A DNA stretch of 63,220 nucleotides, counting the filler, from Stramenopiles sp. TOSAG23-6 (Eukaryota), in the NCBI GenBank assembly GCA_900128565.1. It is 32 parts of 32 records of this genome, joined end to end, with 100 filler letters (N's around TTAATTAATTAA, not from the genome) between each part and the next. Parts side by side here need not be neighbours in the genome. Positions count along the whole stretch, not along the records: positions 51,539 to 53,404 come from LT638503.1; positions 53,505 to 55,369 come from LT638504.1; positions 55,470 to 57,333 come from LT638505.1; positions 57,434 to 59,296 come from LT638506.1; positions 59,397 to 61,258 come from LT638507.1; positions 61,359 to 63,220 come from LT638508.1; 26 more parts are not named here. One strand, 5' to 3'. The notes below the pieces were generated by a model, which saw only the letters and a program-made list of their open reading frames with translations, was not told where the DNA came from and ran no database searches. Position 1 is the stretch's first letter. Each line of letters starts with the position of its first letter. The position numbers were made by a program, and so were the translations under genes. Shown piece by piece: positions 52,465 to 63,220 of the stretch.

Positions 52465-53351
52465 TTGAAAAAAAAAAAAAAAAAAAAAAATTTTAATTTT
52501 TTAAAAAAAAAAAAAAAAAAAAAATTTTAAATTTTTAAAAAAAAAAAAAAAATAAAAACGTACCCATTCACTCCTAAAAGTCCAAAACATTCACCTTTAG
52601 GAATCCCAAGTGAAAAATCACTGACAGCAATTTTTGGTCCTTGAGACGTTTTATATATTTTACGGACATTTTCAAGTATAATAATATCATTCATTTTGTT
52701 TGCTTCTCCACTTGAAACACGAAATCTCTCTGTTTTTACATCCTCGTCTTCAAATGTATTCGTTTGTTTTGAGTGTTGTAAAGGACCAATATTTTTTCCA
52801 CTACTATTATTGGATATTGTTGGATCTCTCAAACAAGGAAAAAGTCTCAGTTGTATATCTTTATTATAATCAAGCCATTCTATAAAAAATACAAGAACTG
52901 AATGTATTTTGGAAAAATATTTCAAAATTTTTTTTTTTTCGTAAAAAAAAAAAAAAAAAATTGTTAGGTACAAATTTTTTTTTTTCGTAAAAAAAAAGAA
53001 AAAAATTCAATTTTTTTGTTAAAAAAAAAAATAAAACATTCATAAATGATTACATGAGAAGCTAAACAAAGACAATCTGTTCCTGCAATTTGCATATCCA
53101 ATGGTGAGAGTTCAACACCGAGACCACCAATAAAGAATGAAATTAATTCTTTCAATGTTATATTCATCAATGCTTTAGAAAAACAAAATGGAGGAAAAAT
53201 ACGAAATATCCAACGCAATTTCAATCCTAAATCTTTTGTTCCGAGTAAATCAGTTAAATCCCATAAAATAAAATCAGTAATTAACATTAAAATAGAGCAG
53301 ATAAAACAAAGCACCAACATGGCAACTTGTGCAGTTCCATATCGTTGAAAT
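51625..53351 (-). CDS. ABCA-subfamily transporter, second TMD/NBD; exons 53351-53042, 52901-52564, 52414-51625
   Basis: [26 protein letters not shown] Walker [48 protein letters not shown]. Confidence 0.95.
52415..52563 (-). mobile_element. GT-AT intron splitting Walker A
   Basis: AAT GG|GTACGTTTT...CACAATGTAT|G GCT GGT AAA is the only GT-donor register giving GVNGAGKT. Confidence 0.88.
52902..53041 (-). mobile_element. Introner-like GA-AT intron
   Basis: ATT TAT|GAATGTTTT...CCAAAATACAT|TCA GTT gives [12 protein letters not shown]. Confidence 0.75.
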
Positions 53352-53504
53352 GTATTTTGGAAAAATATTTGAAAAAAAATCTTAAAAAATTTGTTAGGTA
53401 CAAANNNNNNNNNNNNNNNNNNNNNNNNNNNNNNNNNNNNNNNNNNNNTTAATTAATTAANNNNNNNNNNNNNNNNNNNNNNNNNNNNNNNNNNNNNNNN
53501 NNNN

Positions 53505-54184
53505 GTTTAACCTGACGTGTGTCATCATTAGTTGGAAAGGGTATAGACGGATCATATTTTTCTGTACAAAATCTTGCCAATCCATCGTCAAACAAATAAA
53601 TGCAAAGAGGGTCAACAGAAGTTACTGCAACATAAAGACGTAAATCAAATTTTAGTCCGTCTAATAAAAAAGGATCAGCAATGTATCGTTGAACAATAAC
53701 TTTGCTTTCATCGTCAGGTTGTGCAAACAAGTTGTGTTTTTTGCGAAGTTCACGTTCAAAAACTGTACAATTAGAAATATGAGACGTTATCAGGGAAAAT
53801 AAAAGTCTCTGGAGCAATGCCTTTAAATGGTAAACCACAAATCCGTTCCATGCAGGCTAAACGCTGGGCAAGAATATCCTTGTAGCTTAAAGAATGAAAT
53901 AGAGGAAAGTGGTTAAGCTTGCGGTGACCTTTGTGGAAATTCCACGCATGGTCCATATTACCCTTATATGTAACACCATAACATGCATCCCATGGGCTAT
54001 TCCACTGATACCCCGAAAGTAAGATTTGTGAGTATCCAGCAGTAGTGAAAGCGTCGACTAACGACTTTTTCAGACATCCAAAGAAGGTAAGTTTGTCCTC
54101 ATCCGTCAGTTTGAGTGGAAATACTTTCCCCTTAGGCTGGGGACGAGTTTTGTAAAGCTTCTCGGGGTAGTTAAAGAAAACAAA
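53505..54184 (-). pseudogene. Tubulin-tyrosine-ligase-like (TTLL) fragment, frameshifted near 53775
   Basis: [56 protein letters not shown]; the WIVKP segment is apparently missing. Confidence 0.6.
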
Positions 54185-54770
54185 NNNNNNNNNNNNNNNN
54201 NNNNNNNNNNNNNNNNNNNNNNNNNNNNNNNNNNNNNNNNNNNNNNNNNNNNTATAGTTGCTTCACTTGAGTTGAAACAACTCTGTCGGCACCTTTTGGG
54301 TGGTAGTAGTAGTTCGACACTGTCAACACATCAGCGGAGGTAGCAAAATTTTCGACAGTATAACCCTAACCCTAGAAAAATAAAGAAATTCATTTTCACT
54401 TGATTATTTATAATTAAATTCAATACAATGTCATTGAAATGCAACTGGAAAAAGAAATTATCCAACTGGTTCGATTCCTGGAACTTGAGCACTATTCAAA
54501 CGAGTAAGTTCTCTCACTGGTGNNNNNNNNNNNNNNNNNNNNNNNNNNNNNNNNNNNNNNNNNNNNNNNNNNNNNNNNNNNNNNNNNNNNNNNNNNNNNN
54601 NNNNNNNNNNNNNNNNNNNNNNNNNNNNNNNNNNNNNNNNNNNNNNNNNNNNNNNNNNNNNNNNNNNNNNNNNNNNNNNNNNNNNNNNNNNNNNNNNNNN
54701 NNNNNNNNNNNNNNNNNNNNNNNNNNNNNNNNNNNNNNNNNNNNNNNNNNNNNNNNNNNNNNNNNNNNNN

Positions 54771-55369
54771 TTTGTCCCAAAATTTAAGTCCACCCGTTGA
54801 ATGGTCTAAATTGAAGTTCGCATCTGAAATCCACCAATTTACTGTTATTGCCGCATTATCAGAATGCATTTGAAGACCTGAAGAATTTTTCATTAGTCTA
54901 TAACCCCAAACTTTTTGCAATCGATGTTTTCCAAATAAATCTGGCATTTGCTTACGAAGTTGTTCAGCAATCTTTAATATAATATGTCCTGACATGCCAA
55001 CAGTATTATCTGATCCTAAATAAGTTGGAACATCATCCCAAAGAAAGGGAAGATGCCAAATCATTGNNNNNNNTTTGTCCCAAAATTTAAGTCCACCCGT
55101 TGAATGGTCTAAATTGAAGTTCGCATCTGAAATCCACCAATTTACTGTTATTGCCGCATTATCAGAATGCATTTGAAGACCTGAAGAATTTTTCATTAGT
55201 CTATAACCCCAAACTTTTTGCAATCGATGTTTTCCAAATAAATCTGGCATTTGCTTACGAAGTTGTTCAGCAATCTTTAATATAATATGTCCTGACATGC
55301 CAACAGTATTATCTGATCCTAAATAAGTTGGAACATCATCCCAAAGAAAGGGAAGATGCCAAATCATTG
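54771..55369 (-). CDS. 2OG-Fe(II) oxygenase-like fragment present twice (54771-55066, 55074-55369)
   Basis: VWGYRL...GLQMHSDNAAITVNWWI...GGL HxD motif; exact duplicate around a 7-N gap. Confidence 0.55.
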
Positions 55370-55545
55370 NNNNNNNNNNNNNNNNNNNNNNNNNNNNNNN
55401 NNNNNNNNNNNNNTTAATTAATTAANNNNNNNNNNNNNNNNNNNNNNNNNNNNNNNNNNNNNNNNNNNNAAAAATAAAAAAAATAAAAAAAAAAAAAAAA
55501 AAATTCAAATTTAATTTTTTTTTTTTTTTTTTTTTTTTTTTTCCA

Positions 55546-55577
<32 letters not shown>

Positions 55578-55582
55578 CATAC

Positions 55583-55822
55583 AATATATTTAACCACTAA
55601 TTCATGTCTATGCAAAAAACGTGTTACAATTCCAGGAATCCGAAAGATATAATGAAGATCTGTAAATACTGACGTGAATCGTTGATGCGTGATGGCTCTA
55701 TTCAATAATAATCCAGTACCGGGATCTTCAGTTCTGTATTGTGAAGAAACACGAAAAAAAAAAAAAAAACGTTAGGTACAAAATTTCGTACGAAAAAAAA
55801 AATTTGGAATTTGAAAAAAAAA

Positions 55823-55855
<33 letters not shown>

Positions 55856-57152
55856 ATACATTCGAACACTAGCTCTTCCTTTCACACCTGGTGACATTGA
55901 AACAAATATTTTATATAGTGAATGTATAACGACTGATAACAAGTCGATGTTATTAGGGTTAGGGTTAGACACATTTTCAGAACGACTAGGGTTAGGGTTA
56001 GAAAGACTTTTGACTACTGATGGAACTGTAAATAGTTGAACTGTCATTTGTATTTTGGAACAATATTTCAAAATTTTCTATAAAAAAAAATTGTTAGGTA
56101 CAAAAATTTTTTACCAAAAGAAAAAAAAATAAATTCGAAATTAAAAAAATATATATAAAAAAAATTGTTAGGTACAAAATTTCCTATGAAAAAAAAAATA
56201 TAAATTCGAAATTGAAAAAAAAAATAAAATCATACATTGGACGCAGCACCAACATCTTCCGTACCAACACCAACAAAATATTGATGACTAACATATTCGT
56301 AATGATAAGCTAATGACAATGCAACGGCTCTTTTAAATTTGGGTAAGATTACTGGATTATGAAAAAATATCAAAATAAAATAAAGTTTGGTAAAACATAT
56401 TTTCAAATATATTTTCAAAAAAAAAAAAAATCAAAAAAAAAAAATTCATAAATTCATAAATTCATAATGAAAAAAAAAAACATACAAATTTTTGAAAAAA
56501 GAGACGTAGTCAGTGACGTCATTTGTTTTGGAAGTAAAGCACCTGATGATAGTAACGTCCCAATTGCATGTTTTGAGTTTTTCCGCACATCTAATCTTGG
56601 TGAAAGTTGATAAATTGTGTCATTTACACCACGTGATGAAGAGACATTTAATCCATTAGGGTTAGGGTTTACATAGGCAGGAAAAAGAATTCCGTCATTT
56701 TCTATTTCATCATCTTCATCTTGAAGACCAATCATATCATGAAAAAATTCAGGATCATTCATTTGTTCAACAATATCATTAAAATTATTAGCATCAAAAT
56801 CAAAATATTCCTCATCCACATCATCAAAATCAGCATCATCAATATATTCGTCATCAACCTCAACATCATCATCGTCAATATATTCGTCATCATCAACATC
56901 ATCATCATCATCATCATCATCAACAGCATCATTCATATTAATATATTCATCCTCAAAAATATCAGGGGGAAGATCATCAACATATTTATCAACATAATCA
57001 TCACCATCATCAATCATTGCATTTGAAGTAACACTAGGGTTAGGGTTATTTGAAGTAACACTAGGGTTAGGGGTTTCTGTATTTGAGTATTCTTCATTAT
57101 TATATTCATTATAACGATTCATTAAGTCCTCCAAATCATTTGAACTATCCAT
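55583..57152 (-). CDS. UBR1/PRT6-like N-degron E3 ligase fragment; introns 56352-56485 (GT-AG), 56048-56235 (GT-AA), 55734-55859 (GT-AG)
   Basis: FKRAVALSL..HY...MTVQLFTVPSV...LLSVVI...RFTSVFTDLHYI matches UBR1 (YKKLFA..F..YY...SVQMFTVPTL...RV..VICDLKYI). Confidence 0.75.
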
Positions 57153-57487
57153 ATACTATAAAACAATATTTCAGACGATATAATTTCCAAATAAAAATTT
57201 GACATTTGTTATAATATCTATAGAAAAAAAAGAATTTAAAAAAAAAAAAATTTTTTTTTTTTTTTTTTTTTTTTTTAGGAAAAAAATTTCAAAAAAAAAA
57301 AAATAAAAAAAAAAAAAAAAAAATCATGATGAANNNNNNNNNNNNNNNNNNNNNNNNNNNNNNNNNNNNNNNNNNNNTTAATTAATTAANNNNNNNNNNN
57401 NNNNNNNNNNNNNNNNNNNNNNNNNNNNNNNNNAAATTTCGTATGAAAAATAAATTCGAAATTGAAAAAAAAATAAAACATACATAC

Positions 57488-57961
57488 ATTGCCTGCCTGA
57501 CTGTATATTTCACAAGCTTTCTGTAAAAGTGATAATGAGCGTGTTGTATCTACCTTTTCTAATACACTCGAAGCTTCCATACACATTTCTGCATTCTTGG
57601 CCGTTTTATCAGCTTGTGCATAAAGTTGACCCGCCATAAGAAAATATTTTGACGCTTTCAGCGCCATTTTTGGATTCGTAAAGCGAAAACGCTTTGCCAG
57701 TTTCCCAGCCTTTTCCAAACGATCTGCGGCCATATACTCTTGCCCAGACTTTAAAGCACAATTTGAAGACTCTTCGTAAGCTCGCATTGCTTCATCAAGA
57801 GCGCCAGCCATTGAAAAATCTCTCGCAGCTGAGTCGTAATAGCCCTGAGCCATTAGAAAATCTGGATTCCACTTGAACACTGAAGTCTTTAGAGAAGATG
57901 CCGCCTTTTTCATATTTTCTCTAGCTGATGAAAGCTTCTGCTGCTTCATAAGTGAAGACAT
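57488..57961 (-). CDS. Gamma-SNAP-like, first exon
   Basis: AASSLKTSVFKWNPDF..A..YYDSAARDF matches the NAPG N-terminus (AEKYLKTGFLKWKPDYDSAA). Confidence 0.75.
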
Positions 57962-58335
57962 CTTCTATTGATCTATTTCGTAAAATTAAAGTTTACCTTT
58001 TTAGTGGGGAACTATAATGAGAGTTAATTAAGCAACAAGCTTGAAAGAATAGAAAACTTACTGTAAAAACAAACAACAATTTTTAATGGCTTTTTAATGT
58101 CAATTTTTTACATCAGTGAACGTCTTAGGCTAGGGTTAGGGTTAGTCAAAACAATTATTACATGAACATGAACACCATGCCGCATGAACATGAATGACGT
58201 GTACACACTCGCTCTATTATTTTCGGGTCGCTCCTCCCAAACAATATCTTAGTTTTAACGTATTGTCTTGCATTTTGGTATCAGCTCTTACAGCAGATTG
58301 TGTCTTTCATTATTACATTAAAAATATTATTCGAA

Positions 58336-59021
58336 TGATAAAGTCTTCCACGTTTACTCAGATTTTCATTTTACTATTAAGCTTTCCTTTAGCGCTTTCT
58401 CAATGCAAGTGCCGAGATCCTGGTTGTAAAGATACAGAAGGTCCTCACTCAGGCACTCTCCGAAATTCGAGTTTCTGCTCCTCTAGAACTACTGAGTTTG
58501 ATTGCCAAGGTGGATGTAGACAAGACTTTACTGGATCAGGTCATGCTAGTGTGGGGAACAATCTTTGTATTTGGGATAATCAAAATGAAAGCAAAGCCAC
58601 CGCAAAAGTAGGTGGAAAGAATTTTCATGACACGGAAATTAATAACCGGGGGCATGTTTGCGCTAGAACATACTGCTCTGGAAATATGGTATGTTGACTT
58701 TAGTTTATTTTTTTCTCATTTATTAGTTATATGAATCTTCAATTACACTCACGATAATTCAATTGTATAATACATTTTACTTAATAGGTCCATAACGGTG
58801 ACTTTGTACCTATAAGAGATTCAGCGGGAGATTTTTATTTGGAAGAAAAAAATTTTTCATGCCCCAGTGGATACAATGCTATTTCTGGAGGTGCTTATCA
58901 CAAAAAAGGTAATGGTGTTGGAGGTATTGAATGGGCAGAATTATCTTGGAATGGTAACAAGTGGGTGGTACCAACGACAGAGGACGCAACAAAAATTAGT
59001 AAATGTTGTGAAGTGTGCACT
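58336..59021 (+). CDS. Secreted Cys-rich protein; exons 58336-58688, 58788-59021
   Basis: Signal peptide MIKSSTFTQIFILLLSFPLALS; canonical GT-AG intron 58689-58787 joins in frame; followed by family intron 59022-59118. Confidence 0.7.
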
Positions 59022-59397
59022 GTACGTTTTCAGTATGAATTTCAATTTTTTCAATTTTTTTTTTCGTACGAAATTTCGTACCTAACAAATTTCGAATTTA
59101 ATTTTTTTCACAATACATGAACGTATACAAAGACTTTCTAAAGGACACCTTTGTTTATCGACATCTCTCGCTTTTTGCTTTGTCGCATGTCGTTTAAATT
59201 TTGAACCTGTACGTTTTTTTTTTTTTATTGAATTTTTTTTTTTTTTTTCATACGAAATGTTGTACCTAAGAATTGAATTTTTTTTTTTTTTTTTTTNNNN
59301 NNNNNNNNNNNNNNNNNNNNNNNNNNNNNNNNNNNNNNNNTTAATTAATTAANNNNNNNNNNNNNNNNNNNNNNNNNNNNNNNNNNNNNNNNNNNNA

Positions 59398-61041
59398 GGA
59401 AATCAAACTAAATGCTGTACACGGAAAATTGTAAAGACTTCTTTTGCATGTACACTCTTACTTGGTTTACTTGGTGGTGTGATTTACTTGATTGCAAAAG
59501 ATCAAGTCTGTGATAAACATGTTGCTGTTATTTGTGAATCTGGAGTTGTGAAAGGAAATGATGTAAGACGACACAGTTGTGGTGAGATAACAATCACACA
59601 ACAATTCGATTTCAAAAATGGAAGATGTTCACTTGATTCAACACATGATGAGTTATTTGAGAAGTGTCGCAAGTATTGTAACACGGAAAGTCAATTAATT
59701 CATGCAACAATTAAAAACACCAATACTTTTGGGTCGACTAAAAATGGAGATGATTTGGTTTTGATATCAGGTCTTCCTGAGGATACTAATGGTCGGAGAA
59801 GACTGGCTAAATTCCCTTGGGGTAAACTTGAATTATCATTGCCAGAAAAATGCTATAACACATCTGGATTAGGAAGGCAAAAAAAAGGATATTGGGGTTG
59901 CTGCGGTCCAGGGATGTGCTGCGGTTTGTGTGGTAAGCCTCCTGTTTGTTTATGCGAATGCTGCATGACGATGGCAAAAAAACAGTATGACAGAACGCAC
60001 CCTAAAAATGATTCGAGACACCAAAGTAATGTGCAAATTCTTGGTTTTATTATAAAAAGAGATGGTATGAAAAATGTACATATATCAGATCCAACTCCAG
60101 CACCAACTCCAGCGCCAACTCCAGCAGGTAAAACAAGAAACCCCAGGGATTCGATTTGTCTATGGAAGGGAGTGTGTACTAACGGAAGTATTAATGAATT
60201 GGAGTCGTTGTACTTGAGCAATACAAATCTATCTGGTACAATACCAACGGGAATTGGTCAACTAACAAATCTCAAGGACATGTTGGGCTTGTCAAATAAC
60301 AAACTATCTGGTTCAATTCCAACAGAAATTGGTCAACTAAAAAATGTCAAATATTTGTACTTGAATAACAACAACCTATCTGGTTCAATACCAACTGAAA
60401 TTGGTCAACTAACAAATCTCAAAGGTTTGGACTTGTCAGATAACGAAGACCTATCTGGTACAATTCCAACTGAAATTGGTCAACTAACAAATCTCAAGGA
60501 CATGTTGGACTTGTCAAATAACAACCTATCTGGTTCAATACCAAGTGAAATTGGTCAACTAACAAATCTCGAAGAATTGGACTTGCAGCAAAATAATCAA
60601 CTATCTGGTACAATTCCGAGTGAAATTGGTCACTTAACAAATCTTGAAAGTTTGAACTTGCTAAACAATGAACTATCTGGTCCAATACCAACTGAAATTG
60701 GTCAACTAACAAAGCTCGAATATTTGTACTTGGACGGCAACAAACTAAGTGGTCCAATTCCAAGTGAAATTTATCGATTAACAAATCTCCATTTGAACTT
60801 GAAGAACAACGACCTATCTAGTCCAACTCCAGCTCCAACTCCAGCACCAACTCCAGCACCATATTTCACAAGATGGTGGAACGCTATAAAAAAAGCTGCA
60901 GCACCAACTCCAGCAAAAACTCCAGCACCAACTCCAGCACCAGCACCAACTCCAGCACCAACTCCAGCACCAACATCGTATTGGAACATGCTTTTTTGTC
61001 ATAGTTTCACCCACAAAAATGGGTGCAATAGTTTCAGGTGA
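59398..61041 (+). CDS. TM/Cys-rich/PTPA-linker/LRR protein, 5' partial
   Basis: Hydrophobic segment, GRRRLA, CCGPGMCCGLCG, PTPAPTPA linkers, about eight LSGxIPTEIGQLTNL repeats. Confidence 0.85.
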   Translation, partial: GNQTKCCTRKIVKTSFACTLLLGLLGGVIYLIAKDQVCDKHVAVICESGVVKGNDVRRHSCGEITITQQFDFKNGRCSLDSTHDELFEKCRKYCNTESQLIHATIKNTNTFGSTKNGDDLVLISGLPEDTNGRRRLAKFPWGKLELSLPEKCYNTSGLGRQKKGYWGCCGPGMCCGLCGKPPVCLCECCMTMAKKQYDRTHPKNDSRHQSNVQILGFIIKRDGMKNVHISDPTPAPTPAPTPAGKTRNPRDSICLWKGVCTNGSINELESLYLSNTNLSGTIPTGIGQLTNLKDMLGLSNNKLSGSIPTEIGQLKNVKYLYLNNNNLSGSIPTEIGQLTNLKGLDLSDNEDLSGTIPTEIGQLTNLKDMLDLSNNNLSGSIPSEIGQLTNLEELDLQQNNQLSGTIPSEIGHLTNLESLNLLNNELSGPIPTEIGQLTKLEYLYLDGNKLSGPIPSEIYRLTNLHLNLKNNDLSSPTPAPTPAPTPAPYFTRWWNAIKKAAAPTPAKTPAPTPAPAPTPAPTPAPTSYWNMLFCHSFTHKNGCNSFR

Positions 61042-62368
61042 TTTGAAATTTGAAGCATTTGGTAAGTAGTGTAGTAATTAGAAGGAGGATTTTTTATTGC
61101 TTATCAACATTTAAAAAAAATTGAAAAAAAATCAAAAAATTTTGAAATTTTTTGAATTTTTTTTTGTTCTTTGGAGGTCATAGTACTGTTTATTGCTTCT
61201 ATGTGGGATGGGTGGTATTGGGATGGGTTTTTATTGGTATGTGATTTTATTAAGTTTTNNNNNNNNNNNNNNNNNNNNNNNNNNNNNNNNNNNNNNNNNN
61301 NNTTAATTAATTAANNNNNNNNNNNNNNNNNNNNNNNNNNNNNNNNNNNNNNNNNNNNTCAAAAAAAATTCTAAAAAATTTGTTAGGTACAAAATTTCGT
61401 ACGAAAAAAAAAATCGATTTTTTTTTTTACCGTAAAAAAAAAAAATAAAACAGACATGAAGGTAGTTCACCGTATTGTACTTGTTGAATTGCGTATATAC
61501 ATAATTCACAATATCCATGTTCACCTGAATTTTTTGCTTGTACGGACATTTTAACTTTTTGTTCCATTTTTGTACTTAATTTTGTAGTTATTTTTGAAGC
61601 CATCTCTACAAAGGATATTGGCATTGTATGTTGATTTGATGTGTTCTTTGAATACAAAGGATCGATATTATACTTATTATACATCTTCGACATGATTTCG
61701 TTCGGTCCTCTCTGTCTTTTGATTTGGCGTTCGGTGTCGTTTTTATCAAACATGTTTGAGAAAGGAATGAAAGGAGTAACGTGGAATCCGCCGCCGCTCC
61801 CCATGGTGTGAGTAAAACATGAACAAAGCCACACCGTTAAGAAACAAGAAAATTGTGTACAGTACATTCCTTGATATATATACTATGCTTGCTGAATGAT
61901 AACGTCAGTGTTTCATATATATATATATATCAATAGGGTTTAAATTGGGTTTATTTGTAATATAGAGTTTACAATATTTGTTTTTGTTCAACAGATCGAC
62001 GACGAGAAAAAAGAAGAACAAACAAAAAAAACCAACCAACAATCAAAGTATAAAGGAATAATTTTCAAAAAAAAAAAAAAAATTCTTCGATTCCAAAACA
62101 CGAAATCTGATCATTTTGTTATAACGGTAGATTTTTTTTTTTGGTGTTTTTTTTTGGTGTTTTTTCAGCAATCGATCTTTTTTAAGTTTAACTGTTACAT
62201 CTGAATGCTCTACTGAAACTAAATAGCAGCACTTTCAGATGATATAACTATTAGTAATAATAAAGTAAAGTAGAATATAGCACGATTAATTACTCGGATG
62301 AATGACATACATCATACACCGAAGAAAAAGACACAGTAAAGAATGTGTCTTGAATAGATCCTTACACA

Positions 62369-63212
62369 ATGTCTAAAGGACGATTTTCGGCCTTTTCTTT
62401 TTTCGTAGCACGTAATGCTGCTTTAGCAGCTGGTGTCGCAACGTCTATGAGATATTTCGTAGGTGATAGCTTATGTCAACGGTACGAAAACCAAGTAAAG
62501 CGACATCATACAAAAGATAGTACTATTTCAACACACACACACGCAACGAACACAATGACAACCACAGTGTCCAAAACTAAACTATTGGAATGGTGGAACC
62601 CATTTCGCACAAGTATATTTGCTACGTTTGGTATGGTGTACGGAATTGGTCCTGGTTATTTCTGGTATAACAAGGTTTTACCTCGTTTCTTCAAAGGAAT
62701 ACCTCTACGTGCTGCAATATTTGATGTATTAGTGCAATGTCCTGCAATATATTTCCCTTTATTTTATATAACCAAGAGTACATTTGAACATTTTGATGAT
62801 GAAAGCTTTTTTGACCAACAATGGAATACAAGTCCTAACCCTAACCCTAACCCTAACCAGAAAAATGGGCTTACTTTGATACAATCTGCCTTATCCAACT
62901 ACCAGAACAATATAGTAAAAGATATGCAAGCTTTAATGTATGTTTTATTTTTTTTTCATCATGAATTTATTAATTTATTTTTTTTTTGAATTTTAAATAT
63001 TTTTTTTCGTACGAAATTCTGTACCTAACAATTTTTTTTCAATTTTTTTTTTAAATATTTTTCCATACTACATAACATTTTGGTTACCTTGTCATTATAT
63101 AAATTTCAGGTTTGTGCCAATTCATTTTCGCATGCCTTTCATGGGAATCGTTGGCGTTGCTTGGGTCTTCATTTTGAGTCGTATAAGAGGAGGAGGTGGT
63201 GTTTTAGATTAG
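62369..63212 (+). CDS. Mpv17/PMP22 protein, duplicate copy; intron 62938-63073
   Basis: Identical to 38771-39614. Confidence 0.85.
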
Positions 63213-63220
63213 TTTTATAT

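Noticed and set aside
54771-55369. Tandem domain duplication
   Set aside because: Exact 296-nt copies on either side of an N gap: scaffolding artefact
61359-63220. Gene duplication of the Mpv17 locus (37750-39622)
   Set aside because: Identical contig ends and coding sequence, differing only in a low-complexity intergenic stretch: allelic or assembly bubble

Overview
This window is not continuous DNA. It is 32 short (~1.86-1.90 kb) contigs in decreasing length order, joined by 100-nt N44-TTAATTAATTAA-N44 spacers. The source is an AT-rich, intron-containing microbial eukaryote (standard code, TTAGGG repeats, RRRL motifs in secreted proteins; a stramenopile-like protist SAG/MAG is an inference). 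Recognisable gene fragments include HUWE1-like and UBR1-like E3 ligases, PP2A A subunit, ALDH9-like, an ABCA transporter, INPP4, a PI3K-like kinase, CAMK-PH-WD40, an OSR1-like kinase, gamma-SNAP, Mpv17, a citrate carrier, M20 peptidase, JmjC, 3R-Myb-RAMA-PDZ, Sel1-MYND and LRR proteins. The dominant unexplained structure is a family of roughly 50 related ~85-190 nt introns (introner-like). Consensus: GTAYGTTTT ... a GTACGAAATTTTGTAC palindrome fused to a CTAAC branch site ... TTTT(CC/CAC)AA(AA)TAC-NN. Restoring conserved protein motifs forces mostly non-canonical GT-AT boundaries (also GT-TT, GT-AA, GA-AT and some GT-AG). The last two intron bases usually copy the last two bases of the upstream exon, and these introns occur in genes that also carry ordinary GT-AG introns. 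Short telomeric repeats are scattered through exons. Several assembly artefacts are present: a palindromic contig, bubble duplicates and chimeric joins at intron copies. All homology calls are from motif recognition by eye; no searches were run.
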